Source of the DNA: Nitrospirota bacterium
GTDB taxonomy: Bacteria > Nitrospirota > UBA9217
Length of the DNA stretch: 64,000 nt
Direction of reading: 5' to 3'
Assembly (NCBI GenBank): GCA_029858565.1
Contig: JAOUEV010000009.1
Coordinates: 1-64,000, forward strand
Shown: one piece after another, positions 61,195 through 64,000 of the stretch
How the letters are laid out: each line of letters opens with the position of its first letter
Position numbering within the stretch: the stretch's first letter is position 1
The notes under the pieces: model-generated
Database searches by the model: none
What the model was told of the DNA's origin: nothing
What the model saw: only the letters and a program-made list of their open reading frames with translations
Translations under genes and position numbers: made by a program

Positions 61195-61713
61195 ATGCCT
61201 GGATCGGACGCAAAGAACCGGCTCCATGGCGCTCCATCAGCGGTTCCGGGACTGAGCAGGGGGGAAATCACGGTCAGACCGGCGCGGCCGGGGGATATTC
61301 CCCGAATGGCGGAACTGCTTGCGGACCTCTTTGCCCTGGAGTCGGATTTCACGCCCCAACGGGAACAGCAGATCGACGGCTTGAGCTATCTGCTTGCAGA
61401 CCCTATCGGCAGGACGCGGGTGTTTGTCGCTGAACACGCCTGTACGGTTGTGGGCATGGCATCGGTGCAGATGCTCATTTCGACGGCCGAGGGCGGCAGG
61501 GTCGGCATCGTGGAGGATGTTGTTGTGGAACTCAAGTACCGGCGGCGAGGCATCGGAGCGCTGTTGCTCAGGGAACTCGTTGACTGGAGCAAACAAAAAG
61601 GGCTTCGGCGACTTCAGCTGCTTGCAGATCACGATAACCGCAGGGCGCTCGATTTTTACCATAAGAACGGGTGGGTCGGTACAAATTTGATCTGCCTGAG
61701 AATGATGCTCTGA
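61195..61713 (+). CDS. GNAT family N-acetyltransferase
   Basis: LFALESDF, ISTAEGG, YRRRGIG, RLQLLAD, ALDFY. Confidence 0.85.
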   Translation: MPGSDAKNRLHGAPSAVPGLSRGEITVRPARPGDIPRMAELLADLFALESDFTPQREQQIDGLSYLLADPIGRTRVFVAEHACTVVGMASVQMLISTAEGGRVGIVEDVVVELKYRRRGIGALLLRELVDWSKQKGLRRLQLLADHDNRRALDFYHKNGWVGTNLICLRMML

Positions 61714-61884
61714 CCGTGAGCCGGATATTCAAGACGAACGCCTGACCTGACCATGAGTTGCCTAAGAGAACGATGAGCCTGAATCTCTCCATGATCTGCT
61801 TAATCCTTGAGCAGGTGCTTCAACCCATGCATAAACATCCCCGCAGCTGGATCGCTATCCGCTTGTAAATCCGCATCAATGATC

Positions 61885-61900
61885 TGGCAGCGTAATTGCT
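61885..61900 (+). promoter_or_regulatory. sigma54 promoter of the nifB-mod unit
   Basis: TGGCAGCGTAATTGCT, GG-N10-GC. Confidence 0.75.
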
Positions 61901-61938
61901 ATGTAGCTCATCAAGATAAGTGAATCGAGGTGACGACC

Positions 61939-62820
61939 ATGGCAAAGAGCAATCAGGACATACTGAGCACCCATCCCTGTTTCAATGTGAACGCTCATGG
62001 ATCCTTCGGCAGGATCCACCTTGCCGTAGCTCCGGCGTGCAATATCCAATGCCGCTATTGCGAACGCAAGTACGATTGTGCCAATGAATCGCGGCCCGGT
62101 GTCACGAGCAGGGTCCTCGATCCCGGGGAAGCGGTGGAGCGGGTCGGAACGTTCCTGGAACGGAACAGCAGGGTGAGCGTGGTCGGCATCGCGGGTCCGG
62201 GCGATCCGCTTGCGAACGACGCGACCTTCGAGACCCTGCGGGCGATCCACGGGAAATTCCCCGAGCTTACGCTCTGCGTTTCCACGAACGGCCTGCTGCT
62301 CTCCGAACGTCTCTCGGACCTGGTTAGTGCCGGCGTCAGGAGCATAACGGTCACGATCAACGCGGTATCACCGGCCGTGGCTGAAAAAGTATATGCCTGG
62401 GTATCGTACCGGGGACGGAAATTATCAGGTGTTCAGGCAGCCGAAACGCTGGTGCGCAATCAGTGGCAGGGACTGATCAATGCGATCGAAGCGGGGCTGC
62501 TGGTGAAGGTCAATTCAGTGTACATCCCCGGCGTGAACGGCGATGAACTTGTCAGGATAGCGCGGCTTGCCGGGAGCTTCGGCGCGGATATCATGAACGT
62601 TCTGCCGCTCATTCCCCAGGCATCGTTCAAAGAGTTCAAGCGGCCAGGTTATGAAATGCTCCATGCGAAGCGTGACGAGCTTCGGCCTTTTATCAGCCAG
62701 ATGTCCCACTGCCGCCAATGCCGGGCTGATGCCTGCGGTACCCTGGGCGAGGACAAGGACATGGATACCGAGCTGCTCATGGCGCGGATCGGCGAGGAAT
62801 ATACGGAGTCGGTCGTCTAG
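61939..62820 (+). CDS. nifB: NifB radical-SAM protein (SAM domain only)
   Basis: HPCF, CNIQCRYC, ESRPG, AGPGD, TVTIN, CRQCRADACG. Confidence 0.85.
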   Translation: MAKSNQDILSTHPCFNVNAHGSFGRIHLAVAPACNIQCRYCERKYDCANESRPGVTSRVLDPGEAVERVGTFLERNSRVSVVGIAGPGDPLANDATFETLRAIHGKFPELTLCVSTNGLLLSERLSDLVSAGVRSITVTINAVSPAVAEKVYAWVSYRGRKLSGVQAAETLVRNQWQGLINAIEAGLLVKVNSVYIPGVNGDELVRIARLAGSFGADIMNVLPLIPQASFKEFKRPGYEMLHAKRDELRPFISQMSHCRQCRADACGTLGEDKDMDTELLMARIGEEYTESVV

Positions 62821-62830
62821 GTGGTTCGCG

Positions 62831-62998
62831 ATGGTTATCCTGCTTGGCGTAGCATCTTTCGGGATCGTGGCCTTTGTCCTGTCCTTGGCGATGGGCAAAC
62901 GGACCAAGAGCGCCGATCAAAGCGAGGTCTCCGCTTCGGTTCTCCTGGTATCCTGGGATGAGATGCTTTTCGGCATGTATCTCATGCGGTTCTCGTAG
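62831..62998 (+). CDS. Small hypothetical membrane protein (55 aa)
   Basis: MVILLGVASFGIVAFVLSLAM..; fills the nifB-modA gap. Confidence 0.35.
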   Translation: MVILLGVASFGIVAFVLSLAMGKRTKSADQSEVSASVLLVSWDEMLFGMYLMRFS

Positions 62999-63045
62999 CG
63001 GTCGGCGAAGGCGGTGCTGTTGCACACCGTTCGCGAGGAGGTTCT

Positions 63046-63819
63046 ATGCGCGCATTCGAGAAATTGATCATCGTTATCGCAACGATCCTTTGCTGTACCG
63101 CCGGGGCCGCATGGTCGCAGCCGGGACAGGAGTTGACCGTGGCGGCAGCGCTCAGCCTGAAGAGCGCATTCGAGGAGATCGCTGTCCTGTACGAGGAGAA
63201 ATACCCCGGAGAGCGCATAAGGTTCAACTTCGCCGCATCCGGTGTGCTGCAGCGACAGATCGAGGCTGGAGTGCCGGTGGATGTTTTTGCTTCGGCAGCA
63301 TCCCGCGAACTGGACGAACTGGAGCGTAAAAAACTGCTTGCCGATGGTTCGAGAAGGAGCTTTGCCCGAAACCGGATCGTTCTGATCGTTCCTGCCGGCG
63401 TAACGACCAGGATTCATTCCTTCGCGGACCTTGCGGATATTGCGGTGAAGCGGCTCGCCATGGGTAATCCCGCCACCGTGCCCGCGGGAAAATATGCAGA
63501 TGAGGTTCTGCGGCTGAGTGGTATGCGTGACAGGTTATCCGGCAGACTGGTCCTTTGCGAAAACGTGCGGCAGGTGCTGGATTACACCGTCCGCAACGAG
63601 GTGGATGCCGGGATCCTCTTCGCGACCGATGCCGCTGCCGTTCGCGGGGTCGTGGTAGCTGCGACAGCCCCTGCGGGAAGCCACAGCCCGGCGGTCTATC
63701 ACGCTGCGGCCTTGAAGGACGCTAAACGCGGGGCTGCCGCACGAAACTTTATCGATCTGCTGCTTTCCTCGGAGGGGCAGGCGGTGCTGAAGCGCAGGGG
63801 ATTCCAGGCTGCTCAATGA
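63046..63819 (+). CDS. modA: Molybdate ABC transporter substrate-binding protein
   Basis: VAAALSL, FAASGVLQRQIEAG, VPAGKYA, NVRQVL; GAGGAGG RBS. Confidence 0.93.
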   Translation: MRAFEKLIIVIATILCCTAGAAWSQPGQELTVAAALSLKSAFEEIAVLYEEKYPGERIRFNFAASGVLQRQIEAGVPVDVFASAASRELDELERKKLLADGSRRSFARNRIVLIVPAGVTTRIHSFADLADIAVKRLAMGNPATVPAGKYADEVLRLSGMRDRLSGRLVLCENVRQVLDYTVRNEVDAGILFATDAAAVRGVVVAATAPAGSHSPAVYHAAALKDAKRGAAARNFIDLLLSSEGQAVLKRRGFQAAQ

Positions 63820-63829
63820 AGGAGACACT

Positions 63830-64000
63830 ATGGAATCGTCAACCCTGTTTTCGCTCAGACTCTCCCTGCAGGTCGCGGCGGTGGCCACGATTCTCATCTT
63901 CGCCGCAGGCGTGCCGATTGCCTATCTGCTGGCCCGTGGGGTCTTTCGCGGCCGCGAGGTTGTGGATGTGCTGATCACCCTGCCGCTTGTGCTTCCTCCC
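63830..64000 (+). CDS. modB: Molybdate ABC transporter permease (3' truncated by window edge)
   Basis: Manual translation MESSTLFSLRLSLQVAAVAT..AYLLAR..LITLPLVLP; AAGGAG RBS. Confidence 0.9.
   Translation, partial: MESSTLFSLRLSLQVAAVATILIFAAGVPIAYLLARGVFRGREVVDVLITLPLVLPP

Overview
Bacterial chromosomal window, GC-rich with several AT-rich patches. Gene content suggests an anaerobic Gram-negative such as a Nitrospirota or Desulfobacterota relative (inference only). It holds the end of a V/A-type ATPase operon, housekeeping blocks (degP-yacL-yebC-ruvCAB-queH; rrf2-iscS-iscU-tusA-fdx; rsmD-coaD; argS-tgt-yajC-secDF) and a Mo-nitrogenase cluster (nifH-D-K-EN fusion-X-I1-I2-fdx-GNAT-nifB-modAB) with sigma54 promoters. 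Two candidate undescribed systems stand out. (1) At 19.4-25.2 kb a sigma54-driven, Sec-exported tetraheme cytochrome has the motif pattern of the Geobacter nanowire cytochrome OmcE. It is followed by an NHL beta-propeller lipoprotein, a parvulin chaperone and a large outer-membrane beta-barrel, and preceded by three truncated TMTC-like TPR proteins: a putative cytochrome-nanowire secretion/assembly locus. (2) At 49-52.4 kb an AT-rich methyltransferase plus membrane hybrid kinase resembles the Ralstonia PhcB/PhcS quorum-sensing pair and sits directly upstream of nifH. The window also carries many 7/8-mer inverted-repeat elements (one forms the NifE-NifN fusion linker), three REP doublets, and a stomatin-family gene interrupted by one in-frame TAG. 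All family assignments come from motif recognition and were not database-checked. No rRNA, tRNA, CRISPR or transposase was seen.
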